A stretch of DNA of 64,000 bases, from NCBI GenBank assembly GCA_963752255.1, contig CAVVXT010000019.1, positions 465,686-529,685 on the forward strand, in the 5' to 3' direction. How positions within the stretch are numbered: position 1 is the stretch's first letter; each line of letters begins with the position of its first letter. Shown here piece by piece: positions 18,378-27,458 of this stretch. The DNA is from Nitrososphaeria archaeon. Its GTDB lineage: Archaea; Thermoproteota; Nitrososphaeria; JACIWG01. The notes below the pieces were generated by a model. The model ran no database searches, had not been told where the DNA came from, and worked only from the letters and a program-made list of their open reading frames with translations. The translations under genes were made by a program, and so were the position numbers.

Positions 18378-19472
18378 TTAGACAGTCTGGAAGAGAAGTC
18401 TGTTAAAGATCCTTAAGATGTCTTCTTTGGGCGCCACCATATTCTGAAGCATAGTAACTATCTGGAGACCGTGGGGACATCTTTCCTCACACCTTCCGCA
18501 GCCGTCGCATGACCTTATTTGGGATATCTCTTCTTCAATTGTAGCTATAGAGTTGCTCATTCTTTCCCGAGACCATGGGAACTGCTCGAATGCTTGTGGC
18601 CCCATCGTTCGATAGTGATCGAATATTACATCTGAACCTAAGAGGCTGGCTATTGGAATCTTCTTGGGGCACGGTTCACATTCAGTGCACATTCGGCATC
18701 GCACTTGATCTAAACTCTCAGCCAGCTGATCCACTTGCCTCTTCTCTTCTGTAGTAAGGGAAATGTCTTGCATACGATTTAACATAAAATCCTCCTCCGC
18801 CTCTTCCAACGTCGTTACACCAGGTACTACAGTGGATACTGGTTGGTTGATAAGCCACTTCAGCGCCAAACTCGCAGGAAGCAGACCTGTTGCCAGCGGC
18901 TTCATGATGGTCACCGCTATACCTCTGCTGTTGCAGAGTGGGATAAGCTCCTTCAGAGGTTCCCTCTCTACTACGTTCATGGGCACCAGAATTATGTCGA
19001 AATCAAAGCGGTTGATCGCTTCTATGAGCACATCGCTTCTGTGGCTCGTGCACCCTATGTACCTTATCAGGCCCTTATCGCAAGCTTCTACAAGGGCTTC
19101 CAAAGCTCCACCTGAACCAAGACGTTTCCCAAGATCTTCGATATTCCTTACACCGTGGAGGTGGTAGTTATCTATGTAGCCCGTATGCAGACGTTCGAGC
19201 GACTCCCTGATCTCCCTTCCAGCATCCTCCTTCGTCTTGGCTGTGGTCTTAGTTGAGAGGAACACTTTGTCACGGTTCCCTGCGAGGGCGATGCCTAACT
19301 TGATTTCACTATCCCAATAGGATCTCGCTACGTCGATGTAGTTTACGCCCAGTTCAAGGGCTCTGAGAATTATCCTGACCCCATAGCCTGTTTCAGACGA
19401 GCCTATCGGAACACATCCAAGGCCTAAAGCTGAGACGTCAAACCCTGTTCTGCCTAACCTCCGATATTGCAT
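18378..19472 (-). CDS. Aldo/keto reductase with C-terminal 4Fe-4S binding extension
   Basis: 364 aa; AKR N-terminus MQYRRLGRTGFDVSALGLGCV; C-terminal CDGCGRCEERCP and CRMCTECEPCP ferredoxin-like motifs. Confidence 0.75.
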   Translation of the reverse strand: MQYRRLGRTGFDVSALGLGCVPIGSSETGYGVRIILRALELGVNYIDVARSYWDSEIKLGIALAGNRDKVFLSTKTTAKTKEDAGREIRESLERLHTGYIDNYHLHGVRNIEDLGKRLGSGGALEALVEACDKGLIRYIGCTSHRSDVLIEAINRFDFDIILVPMNVVEREPLKELIPLCNSRGIAVTIMKPLATGLLPASLALKWLINQPVSTVVPGVTTLEEAEEDFMLNRMQDISLTTEEKRQVDQLAESLDQVRCRMCTECEPCPKKIPIASLLGSDVIFDHYRTMGPQAFEQFPWSRERMSNSIATIEEEISQIRSCDGCGRCEERCPHGLQIVTMLQNMVAPKEDILRIFNRLLFQTV

Positions 19473-19529
19473 TATGGTCCTTATGACAGCGTTGCAGAAA
19501 TATAAACACTTTGAAGACCAACTTTAAAT

Positions 19530-20627
19530 TTGATACAAATGACTTCTTCAGAAAACGCCTACGATAGGTCAGCTTCTACAACATCTTTTCTCAGTTTTCG
19601 ATCGACTTCAGTTATAGAAAGACCTATATCCACACCCCTTCTTCGGACACCATTTGAGGTTACTTTTGTGGAACCTGCGATAGAAACTATCGGCCTCTCG
19701 AAAAATTACGGTTCTCTCACAGCCGTGAACAAGCTGAATTTGAAAGTCGAGAGAAACACGATTCATGGTTTCTTGGGCCCTAATGGTGCAGGGAAAACAA
19801 CCACGATAAAGATGCTCGTTGGCCTCTTGAAGCCTGACGGAGGTACCGCCAAGGTGTTAGGGCAGGAGGTCCGAGGCGATAACCCTGCTGCAAGGATGAA
19901 GATGGGCTACATGCCAGAGCTACCCAGGTTCCCCAAACACCTGAAAGGATTTGAGCTCCTCGACATCTATGGTAGGATGTACGGAATGCCCGAGCATGAA
20001 CGCAGGGAGCAGATACCAAAGCTTTTGGATATGGTGGGCCTCAAGGGGAGAGAGAAAGACCTCATCGGAAAATACAGCAAGGGTATGCAGCAGCGCATAG
20101 GGATCGCGCAGGCGCTCCTTGGCCATCCTGAACTCGTGATTTTGGATGAGCCCAGCCTTGGTCTAGATCCTGTTGGCATGATCGAGGTAAGGGAGCTGAT
20201 GAAGGAGATCGCAAGAGAGGGGAGGACAGTGTTCGTGTCATCGCATCTTTTATTTGAGGTCGAACAGATCTGCGATTATGTCACAATAATTCATCAAGGG
20301 AACCTTCTTGTTTCAGATTCTCTTCAAAACGTCTTGGGCATGCTTCACGGACGCACGGCATTGCAAATCGAGGTGGTCAACCTCACAGATGCTATGATCG
20401 AGGGTGTGAGGAGCCTTCCGTTTGTCTCCAATGTCACCAAGACAGAAAATGCTCTTACAATTGAATTGAGTACTGGTGATGATGTGCGGGCCCAAATTTC
20501 GCAGGAGGTCACCAAGCGCGGAGGAGTCATCGTCTCCATGAGCATGAAAGGGCACAACTTGGAAGATGTCTTTGTTCAGTTGGTTGCGAAATCTGATAGC
20601 AAAGCGGAAGGAGGGGTTGTAAAGTAA
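19530..20627 (+). CDS. ABC transporter ATP-binding protein (ABC-2/DrrA type)
   Basis: Walker A GPNGAGKTT, signature YSKGMQQR, Walker B LVILDEPSLGLD. First ~46 codons are low-complexity; a GTG at 19668 gives the canonical start VEPAIETIGLSKNYG. Confidence 0.8.
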   Translation: MIQMTSSENAYDRSASTTSFLSFRSTSVIERPISTPLLRTPFEVTFVEPAIETIGLSKNYGSLTAVNKLNLKVERNTIHGFLGPNGAGKTTTIKMLVGLLKPDGGTAKVLGQEVRGDNPAARMKMGYMPELPRFPKHLKGFELLDIYGRMYGMPEHERREQIPKLLDMVGLKGREKDLIGKYSKGMQQRIGIAQALLGHPELVILDEPSLGLDPVGMIEVRELMKEIAREGRTVFVSSHLLFEVEQICDYVTIIHQGNLLVSDSLQNVLGMLHGRTALQIEVVNLTDAMIEGVRSLPFVSNVTKTENALTIELSTGDDVRAQISQEVTKRGGVIVSMSMKGHNLEDVFVQLVAKSDSKAEGGVVK

Positions 20628-21596
20628 TTGAGCGCAGAAACTGAAACAAGAAAAATGAAGGCCAACAGTGCTTTGCGTTTCTGGGCAATCGTAAGGTACG
20701 AAATACTCTGGAACATACGAAAGAAAAAAGTACTTGGTATGGTCTTGTTCGCGCTGGTTTTCTCGATTATTCCGCTCGCACTCGCTCCAGCTTTGATTAG
20801 CATCGTTGGTCAAACTCTGACGAAGAACCCTGACTACGTTGCGACCTCCGGTGGAATCAGCGGGCTCATCATGTTCCTCTTTGGTCTGGTTGCTGTAATG
20901 AACAGCATTTCCGGGGAATTTGAGAGCGGGACGATAGTGCCTCTGTTGACCAAGCCTGTGTCAAGGACTATGGTGTTTCTGGGAAAGGTCTCGGCGGCGA
21001 TCCTGACACTGATTCCTGTGTACATCCTGCTCTACGTCATACAAATCGTTGGAGGAATCATTGTTTATGGACCGCAGAACAATCTCTACCTCGCTTCTCT
21101 TTCCTTCCTCGGCAACATCATCAGCACGCTGGTCTGGATGGCGATTGTGCTCGCGATAGGATCTGTCACAAAGAGTTCTCTTTTTGCTGCGCTAGGACCT
21201 TTTGTGATCTACATTGCCATATCCATCAGCGCGGGAATCTTCGCTGTTTTCTCAGGGCAGGCATGGGTTCTAACCTACATACCCGGGGGCGGGAATGCAG
21301 GATATGTTGCCAGCACTGCGAATGCTTCCGTAAGTCTGTCAACGACATCTGCATCAACTGGGACAGATGGGATTGCCGCTGCTCTGGTGAAGTACGTGCT
21401 TCATCCTTCGTATTACGTGCTATTTGTAAAGATTAGCGGTATTAGCAGTTCGGTAACGGCTCCCACCTTAACTGTCACTTCAACCGAACCGCTCTTGGAG
21501 GTGTTGCTCACAGCCATAGGAGTCGCATTTGCTTACATCATTGCCTTTCTCCTCATCGCTTGGTTTGCATTCAGACGGGCTCAAATCTCTGAGTGA
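20628..21596 (+). CDS. ABC-2 family permease
   Basis: 322 aa, 6-7 TM helices, immediately follows the ATPase (1-nt gap). Confidence 0.6.
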   Translation: MSAETETRKMKANSALRFWAIVRYEILWNIRKKKVLGMVLFALVFSIIPLALAPALISIVGQTLTKNPDYVATSGGISGLIMFLFGLVAVMNSISGEFESGTIVPLLTKPVSRTMVFLGKVSAAILTLIPVYILLYVIQIVGGIIVYGPQNNLYLASLSFLGNIISTLVWMAIVLAIGSVTKSSLFAALGPFVIYIAISISAGIFAVFSGQAWVLTYIPGGGNAGYVASTANASVSLSTTSASTGTDGIAAALVKYVLHPSYYVLFVKISGISSSVTAPTLTVTSTEPLLEVLLTAIGVAFAYIIAFLLIAWFAFRRAQISE

Positions 21597-21888
21597 AGTC
21601 GATAACTGCGATATCCGACGCCGAGGTCAGGCAGAAAATTAAAAAGGAACATGAATCTTAAGAATTGATAGAAGACATTTTAAAGAAGATGAAGATATAA
21701 CACAGTATAATTGATAGCAATCACGGCAAAATGCTCTTAGTTATATTGTTCTGTAGAATAAGCCTTGTAATTGTAGGATTAGGGTTAAGTTCTGGAGTTG
21801 AAAAGATATTAGCAACATTTGAGAAGACCAATATTTGGCAGAAAAGTTATAGTAGAACCATTTCTATTATATTAGATGGGGACACTAA

Positions 21889-22425
21889 TTGCTTGAAGGA
21901 AAAAATGTGAATTTGAGGCTTATGGAGAAAGAGGATTTGCCACTATTTGCGGAATGGTTTAACAAGCCTGAAGTCTTTGGTGAATACAATCCTTTTCATC
22001 AGATATCCAGAACAGAAGCAGAGAAGATGCTCGATACCCCTCACGAACTGAAGCCTTTCATAATAGAAAAGAAAGATGGAAGCAAAATCGGTTTTATAGC
22101 TTATTTTTACGTCCTACATCCTGCAGGCAGGCAACTGGAAATCGGCTATTCTTTGGTGCCGAGTGAGAGGGGAAAGGGCTACTGCACTGAAGCCTCAGAG
22201 ATTATGGTGGATTTCCTGTTTCTCTCTAAAGACACAATGCGTATTCAAGCCTTAACTGATTTGAGAAACGTAGCCTCTCAGAAAGTCTTAGAAAAAGTTG
22301 GGTTTAAGAAGGAAGGAACACTTCGTAAAAACTTCTTCATGAGAGGAGAATGGAGAGATGCGTATCTCTATAGTATCCTTAAGGAAGAATGGAAAGAACC
22401 TAAGATACTGACAAAGACGACTTGA
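21889..22425 (+). CDS. GNAT N-acetyltransferase (RimJ/RimL-like)
   Basis: 178 aa; N-terminal L.L.........F..W and GNAT core QLEIGYSLVPSERGKGYCTEA. Confidence 0.7.
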   Translation: MLEGKNVNLRLMEKEDLPLFAEWFNKPEVFGEYNPFHQISRTEAEKMLDTPHELKPFIIEKKDGSKIGFIAYFYVLHPAGRQLEIGYSLVPSERGKGYCTEASEIMVDFLFLSKDTMRIQALTDLRNVASQKVLEKVGFKKEGTLRKNFFMRGEWRDAYLYSILKEEWKEPKILTKTT

Positions 22426-22431
22426 AAATAT

Positions 22432-22474
22432 AAGATATGGGGGGGTTATATACAGGTCTCTAAAATTTTGACCC
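22432..22474. repeat. Left arm of imperfect ~45-bp inverted repeat flanking a 1.9-kb segment
   Basis: ataagatatgggggggttatatacaggtctctaaaattttgaccc. Reverse complement of 24348-24392 aligns as tatgggg(ggg)ttata[t/c]aca - 7-nt mismatch - aaaattttgacc (about 31 of 38 aligned positions). Confidence 0.5.
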
Positions 22475-22672
22475 TTTTACTCAGCATCTGGCCTGAAAAA
22501 TGTTAGCTAACTTTGAAAATCTGATTCAAACCTAAGTAAATATATCTTTTTATATAAATGATACAGTATTTTTAAAGTAAAACTGCAATAACTATTTTCC
22601 TTGTTTGATTTTGATTAGACATGAACAAATGTATATAACTGAAGTGTTTAATTATAAGAGGACAAGAGAATA

Positions 22673-23929
22673 TTGAGCAAGAAAAAACCTGTTAAGAAAA
22701 AGATTGAAAAGAAAGTAGAGAAAAAAGTAGTCGTTCCGAAGATTGCGGCGACGCGAAAAGATGCTATCATTGGCAGCGTTCACGAGAAAATAAAGGCGTT
22801 CAAAGCTGCTCCTGCTCCCGCTGTTAAAGAAGGCGTCAAGAACGTGAAGCACTGGTTAGAACAGCAGCCTGAGGTTGAGTCTGTGGCCCTGATAGGCGAT
22901 TCAGATATGACGGTGAAGTTCAAGGACGGCACTCAAGTCGGCGTGATGATGAATCGCAAGAACCTTTTCGGCGGAGGTGGCGGAAGTGGAGCATCAAAGG
23001 TAGCCCCTTCAGCTGTTCATATGCGAACCTTGAGTACCCAGCTTGACCCGCACCCGATTTCCAACAAAGCATGCGTTATAGACACCTTGTACGATGATTG
23101 GCCGGGCACAGCCACTCCAGACACCATTGTGAGCACACTAAAGAACGCGGGCTACGAAGTGGATTTGATTAAGAACAACAATGCGAACCTGAAGTTTTAC
23201 TCAAACCTAGACGAGAAAGAATACGGCATAGTCTTCATAATGGCTCATGGCGGCATGATGAACGTCAGCGGAGACAGCAAACTGCACATAATGGCAAGGC
23301 CATTTTTCACGAGCTTCCCACCTTCATCAGGTTATACAGGCGTCGGAGTATTCACGGTTGACACAAACTGCACAGCGCAAGGCTGGGCCTACGTATATGC
23401 CTTCAACAACTTGTTTGTAAGCCAGTACATGAACAAGAGATACTTCCCGAACAGTCTCATTCACTTACTAGTTTGCGAAGGCGCAAATCCCGATGCTCAA
23501 AACGATATGATTCAAACGTTTCTCGACCGAGGCGTTGGCTGCTACACTGGGTGGACCAAGGACGCAAGCGGCACGCATGGGAGTCCAGCGGCGGTTCAGT
23601 TTTTCCAGGTGCTGTGCGATTCCGTAGCTAGCCCAACCAACACGGTGACCGACGCGATTTCGAAGATCACCGCCTCAGGGCATTCTCCCGATCCAGGCAC
23701 TGGCGCTTCGCTGGTCGCATATGGACTAAGCAACATGCAGATTATTCACTGCAGCATAGTGAAAGAAGCCTCGCACATTGTGATTCAGGATTCGAGCGGA
23801 AAAACCATCAAGAAAGGCTTCCATGACATACTGGACGCCATGGAGTACTCGGAAAACCAGATAAACGCGGGCAAACATGCTTCACTGAAGATAACTGAGA
23901 CAGTTGGACTTAAGAAGATTCAGTGGTAA
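22673..23929 (+). CDS. Clan CD cysteine-peptidase-like protein (caspase/gingipain/clostripain fold) with lysine-rich N-terminus
   Basis: 418 aa; N-term MSKKKPVKKKIEKKVEKKVVVPK. Catalytic-dyad-like arrangement: hydrophobic strand + HG (YGIVFIMAHGG), and about 70 aa later hydrophobic strand + C (SLIHLLVCEGANPD). No TM or signal peptide evident. Confidence 0.5.
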   Translation: MSKKKPVKKKIEKKVEKKVVVPKIAATRKDAIIGSVHEKIKAFKAAPAPAVKEGVKNVKHWLEQQPEVESVALIGDSDMTVKFKDGTQVGVMMNRKNLFGGGGGSGASKVAPSAVHMRTLSTQLDPHPISNKACVIDTLYDDWPGTATPDTIVSTLKNAGYEVDLIKNNNANLKFYSNLDEKEYGIVFIMAHGGMMNVSGDSKLHIMARPFFTSFPPSSGYTGVGVFTVDTNCTAQGWAYVYAFNNLFVSQYMNKRYFPNSLIHLLVCEGANPDAQNDMIQTFLDRGVGCYTGWTKDASGTHGSPAAVQFFQVLCDSVASPTNTVTDAISKITASGHSPDPGTGASLVAYGLSNMQIIHCSIVKEASHIVIQDSSGKTIKKGFHDILDAMEYSENQINAGKHASLKITETVGLKKIQW

Positions 23930-23952
23930 CCAGACAAGCTCTACTAAAAACT

Positions 23953-23964
23953 CATTTTTTTTCT
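23953..23964 (+). terminator. T8 tract downstream of the clan-CD gene
   Basis: ctcattttttttctat 24 nt after stop. Confidence 0.3.
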
Positions 23965-24347
23965 ATATTAAATTCAGGTAAAATGAAATTACTCTTTTGG
24001 ATATGCTCCATTACGTCCTGAAACTAGTGTATCTGACAGGTCTAACGGGTGAGGAATACACCATTTATGAGGATATGAGAAAAATCGTTCAATGGATGTT
24101 CACACTTAAACCAAAGGATGTTAGAAAATATGGAATATCGAAGCAGACATTATCAAACACAAACTGAATTCTGAGTGCAAATATATTACAAGACCTCTCA
24201 AGATAATAAGGGATGTACATATTTCAAGCTCTGAAAGAAAAGGTCTTTCACAAACAAGTGACCAAAGTTAGAGACAATGAAAAGAGGTCAACTATAAGAA
24301 AATTTTTATTTTACAAAAAAGTTGCTTTCTGATGCCAGTATTTAAAA

Positions 24348-24392
24348 GGTCAAAATTTTCCAGCAATGTGTATAACCCCATATAAGATATGG
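24348..24392. repeat. Right arm of imperfect inverted repeat (partner of 22432-22474); also contains a direct copy of ataagatatggg
   Basis: ggtcaaaattttccagcaatgtgtataaccccatataagatatgg. Confidence 0.5.
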
Positions 24393-24414
24393 GCCCAATG
24401 GGATTTGAACCCAT
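24390..24414 (-). other. tRNA 3'-end-like fragment (T-arm + acceptor 3' strand), att-like remnant
   Basis: Minus strand reads atgggttcaaatcccattgggccca = T-stem/GTTCAAATC loop/acceptor 3' strand. No 5' half or anticodon arm is present; compare intact tRNA-Arg 3' end gtgggttcaaatcccaccgggcccg at 60266-60290. Confidence 0.45.
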
Positions 24415-24596
24415 TTTGGTTTAAGTCCCTTAATTAAGTATTGATTTTTACTTTATGTGGTATATTATTTAACGATAATTGTCTTTCTCTCAATCTCCTG
24501 TCGTTAACTAACTGAAAGAGCGCACATATTCTTTTAAGGCAGAACAGAATATGTAACTTTTTAAAGTAGAACAGAAGAAGAAACTTACTGATTAAC

Positions 24597-25592
24597 ATGA
24601 AATACGTCAGATTAGGCTGGTCAGGATTAAAGGTGTCTCCGATAGCAATCGGATGCATGTCGTTCGGAAACCTTGAACCGTGGATGATCGAAAAAGAGGA
24701 GGCACGAAAGGTTGTGAACAAAGCACTGGACTTGGGCGTCAACTTCTTTGATACCGCAAACCTCTACTCCTTAGGCAGGTCAGAGGAGATTGTAGGAGAG
24801 CTTCTAAAAGACGTCCGAGAAGATGTGATAATCGCTACAAAGGTCAACAGCAAGATGGGAGAAAAGCCGAACCAGAGAGGTCTCTCAAGAAAGCACATAA
24901 TGTGGCAGGTTAAGGAGTCCCTAAGAAGGCTTGGAACAGGCTACATCGACCTCTACCAGATTCACAGGTGGGACTACGAAACGCTAATAGAGGATACGCT
25001 GTCAACGTTGAACGACCTTGTAAGAGGTGGAGTAGTTAGATATATTGGAGCGTCCAGTATGTGGGCTTGGCAGTTTTCGAAGGCGCTGTACACAAGTGAA
25101 ATCAAGGGCTTCGAGAAGTTTACGAGTATGCAGAACAAGTGGAACCTGCTCTACAGGGAGGAGGAGAGGGAGATGGTTCCTCTTTGCAAAGAACAGAACA
25201 TTGGAATAATACCATACAACCCTGTTGCAGCCGGCCTGCTGTCTGCTCGTCATATGAAAGAAGGAAAGATTGAGATTGGTAGCAACGATATGATGAGGCT
25301 TCAACCAGACTATAGGCTTGCCCCAATCTATGGAAAGCTTTACGTTGACCCCCCTGAAAACGCTGAAATCGTTAGAAGGGTTGCGGAGGTAGCACAGGGC
25401 AAGGGTGTGAAACCGACTCAGATCGCGTTAGCGTGGCTGTTTCATAAAGGTGCTACAGCACCCATCATAGGAACCACGAAGCCTGAGCACGTGCAGGAGG
25501 CGGTTGAATCGATAGAAATAGGTTTATCCGAAAAAGAAGTCGCGTATATAGAAGAACCATACTTGCCGAAGCCCGTCAATGGACACAAATGA
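24597..25592 (+). CDS. Aldo/keto reductase
   Basis: 331 aa; MKYVRLGWSGLKVSPIAIGCMSFG, catalytic D/Y/K/H tetrad positions conserved (DTANLY, KV, IHRWD). Confidence 0.85.
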   Translation: MKYVRLGWSGLKVSPIAIGCMSFGNLEPWMIEKEEARKVVNKALDLGVNFFDTANLYSLGRSEEIVGELLKDVREDVIIATKVNSKMGEKPNQRGLSRKHIMWQVKESLRRLGTGYIDLYQIHRWDYETLIEDTLSTLNDLVRGGVVRYIGASSMWAWQFSKALYTSEIKGFEKFTSMQNKWNLLYREEEREMVPLCKEQNIGIIPYNPVAAGLLSARHMKEGKIEIGSNDMMRLQPDYRLAPIYGKLYVDPPENAEIVRRVAEVAQGKGVKPTQIALAWLFHKGATAPIIGTTKPEHVQEAVESIEIGLSEKEVAYIEEPYLPKPVNGHK

Positions 25593-26140
25593 TAAACTTC
25601 AGCTGTCAAGACGGAAGGTCTCATATTCATGTTAAGCGTGTTGCAAGTTTAGTGTACACTTAAAGTACCTATCCCGTTTGGGTTTAAGTCCCCTCTTATT
25701 GATGTTGGTTGGTCTATAGTATTGTAACTGTTTTAGAGATTTCCTCATATATAGAGTGAACTGTAACTTCGTGGCTAACTTTTGAAGTCAATGGGGTGCC
25801 CGTTATGAAGCTTTCAATGTCTTACTTATCACAGTTGTTCTTGCCTATGTAGGTATTAGTGTTCTAATTCCTTTGAGCAATGTATTTGTACCCCTCATAG
25901 GTGGTTATAGTATAGAAATTTTTGCCACAGCTGTCTCAGCTATAGTTCCCCATTTGGAAGACCATATAAAACAATATCTTAAAATTTGTTAAACCAAATA
26001 CTCCTCTTGACTTACATTAACAGATACAGGATTCATTCTTTTCGAAGAATAATATAAAGATTGAACTAATAAAAACTTCATTAGACTAATGCTAAAATAT
26101 CATAACAAATGTTTATTATAAAAAGGTCTTTTGCCTTATT

Positions 26141-26653
26141 TTACCTTATCCCAGTATCTATGGAAATATCTAGACCAGTCGTCTCGTCCACCAAAACGCT
26201 TACATTTTTTGGAAAAACACGGTTACAGCCGATCCATTGACAAGAAGGCTTCAGGGTCACAGCATAGGTTCCTGCCTCCAGCTTAATAGAAAAGTTTCCG
26301 CTGGCAGAAAGAGGAGCATAAAAATAGTCTACACTATTTCCAGTGAACGCTAGGCTGTAGCCTGTCAGATTTTGAACCTTATTGCAGGGTTCTGTTGGGC
26401 ACAGGGGGCCGATAGTAACTTGTCCTCGGACTGTTCCATAGCTGCCTGTCGTGGTTGGGGTCGTTGTGGAAGTGCTTGTCTGGGTGGTTGTTGAAGTACT
26501 CGTGGGTAAAGTGCTTGTTGTAGTTGTGTTTGTCATGGTTGGTAGAACCAATGCGTTAGCTATCACAATCACCGTCAGAGTAATAACTGCAGCGAGGATT
26601 ATTGTAATATACGAAACTCTCCTGCTGTTTACATTAGAATCGTTAAAGTTCAT
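26141..26653 (-). CDS. Membrane-anchored Thr-rich surface protein with C-terminal Cys-containing beta-rich domain
   Basis: 170 aa; N-terminal TM (YITIILAAVITLTVIVIANALVL), TNTTTTSTLPTSTSTTTQTSTSTTTPTTT linker, C-terminal domain with 4 Cys. Confidence 0.55.
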   Translation of the reverse strand: MNFNDSNVNSRRVSYITIILAAVITLTVIVIANALVLPTMTNTTTTSTLPTSTSTTTQTSTSTTTPTTTGSYGTVRGQVTIGPLCPTEPCNKVQNLTGYSLAFTGNSVDYFYAPLSASGNFSIKLEAGTYAVTLKPSCQWIGCNRVFPKNVSVLVDETTGLDISIDTGIR

Positions 26654-26670
26654 CGTATCACCACACTCGG

Positions 26671-27303
26671 TCAGCCTGTTCTTGTGAGAACCGTTATAAC
26701 ATATGTTCCTGAGGGAAGAGGGGAACTGAAGTTTAGGACGATGACCTGTGAACCACCTGACGCTATTGTAATAGGAAGACTTGGGTTTGATATCCCTCCA
26801 TTAACGCTTGACAGTGGATTTCCGTTTACTAATATATCTGTTAAGGTCTCGTCTACGTTTCCCACGTTTAAAGCGGTTATCGTTATCTTAGTTGAGTTGA
26901 TAGCGTTTACATCAGTAATTTGAATCTGTTCTGTTATCACAGTTGTAGTTGATATGATCTGTCCCACGGTTACAGTCGCTGAGGCCTCCGTTTCAGTCAT
27001 AGTTATCGTAACAGTGGTTCCGACTGGAGAGTTAGTAACTATGGTAGTAGAAGACCCGGTAAAAGTCGTGGTACCAGATTGTACAGAGGTGGTTCCACTC
27101 GAAGTCTTGGGAGACCCAGATGTAATGTAACTTGTGGAGGCGGCTATTGCTGTGGTCGTAAATGCAGTTGGGTTGGCAGTGGACGGGAACGCGCCTCGGG
27201 TGGGTTGCAGTGGGAAAAGGTAGCTTGCTGAACCAGCAAGAACTAGCGCGATTATGACAGCTATCAAAGAACCAGCAACAATCTGCTTCCTATATTCTGA
27301 CAT
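26671..27303 (-). CDS. Membrane-anchored Ser/Thr-rich surface protein
   Basis: 210 aa; N-terminal TM (IVAGSLIAVIIALVLAGSAS), long S/T-rich low-complexity region, C-terminal beta-rich segment. Confidence 0.5.
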   Translation of the reverse strand: MSEYRKQIVAGSLIAVIIALVLAGSASYLFPLQPTRGAFPSTANPTAFTTTAIAASTSYITSGSPKTSSGTTSVQSGTTTFTGSSTTIVTNSPVGTTVTITMTETEASATVTVGQIISTTTVITEQIQITDVNAINSTKITITALNVGNVDETLTDILVNGNPLSSVNGGISNPSLPITIASGGSQVIVLNFSSPLPSGTYVITVLTRTG

Positions 27304-27458
27304 ACGCTTTCTACACCTTTAGATAGAGGAGGCCATAGATATAGTACTAATTTTAGAATAGTAGAATCGGTTGCATTCTAACTTTGATTTGGATTATCGT
27401 GAGGTCAAAATTTTAGGAGATAGAATTATTTTTAACAAATAGATGTGGAATTTGCTAT

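Noticed and set aside
19530-19667. 46-codon N-terminal extension of the ABC ATPase
   Set aside because: Low-complexity Ser/Thr-rich text; a GTG at 19668 gives the canonical ABC start, so the extension is probably untranslated.
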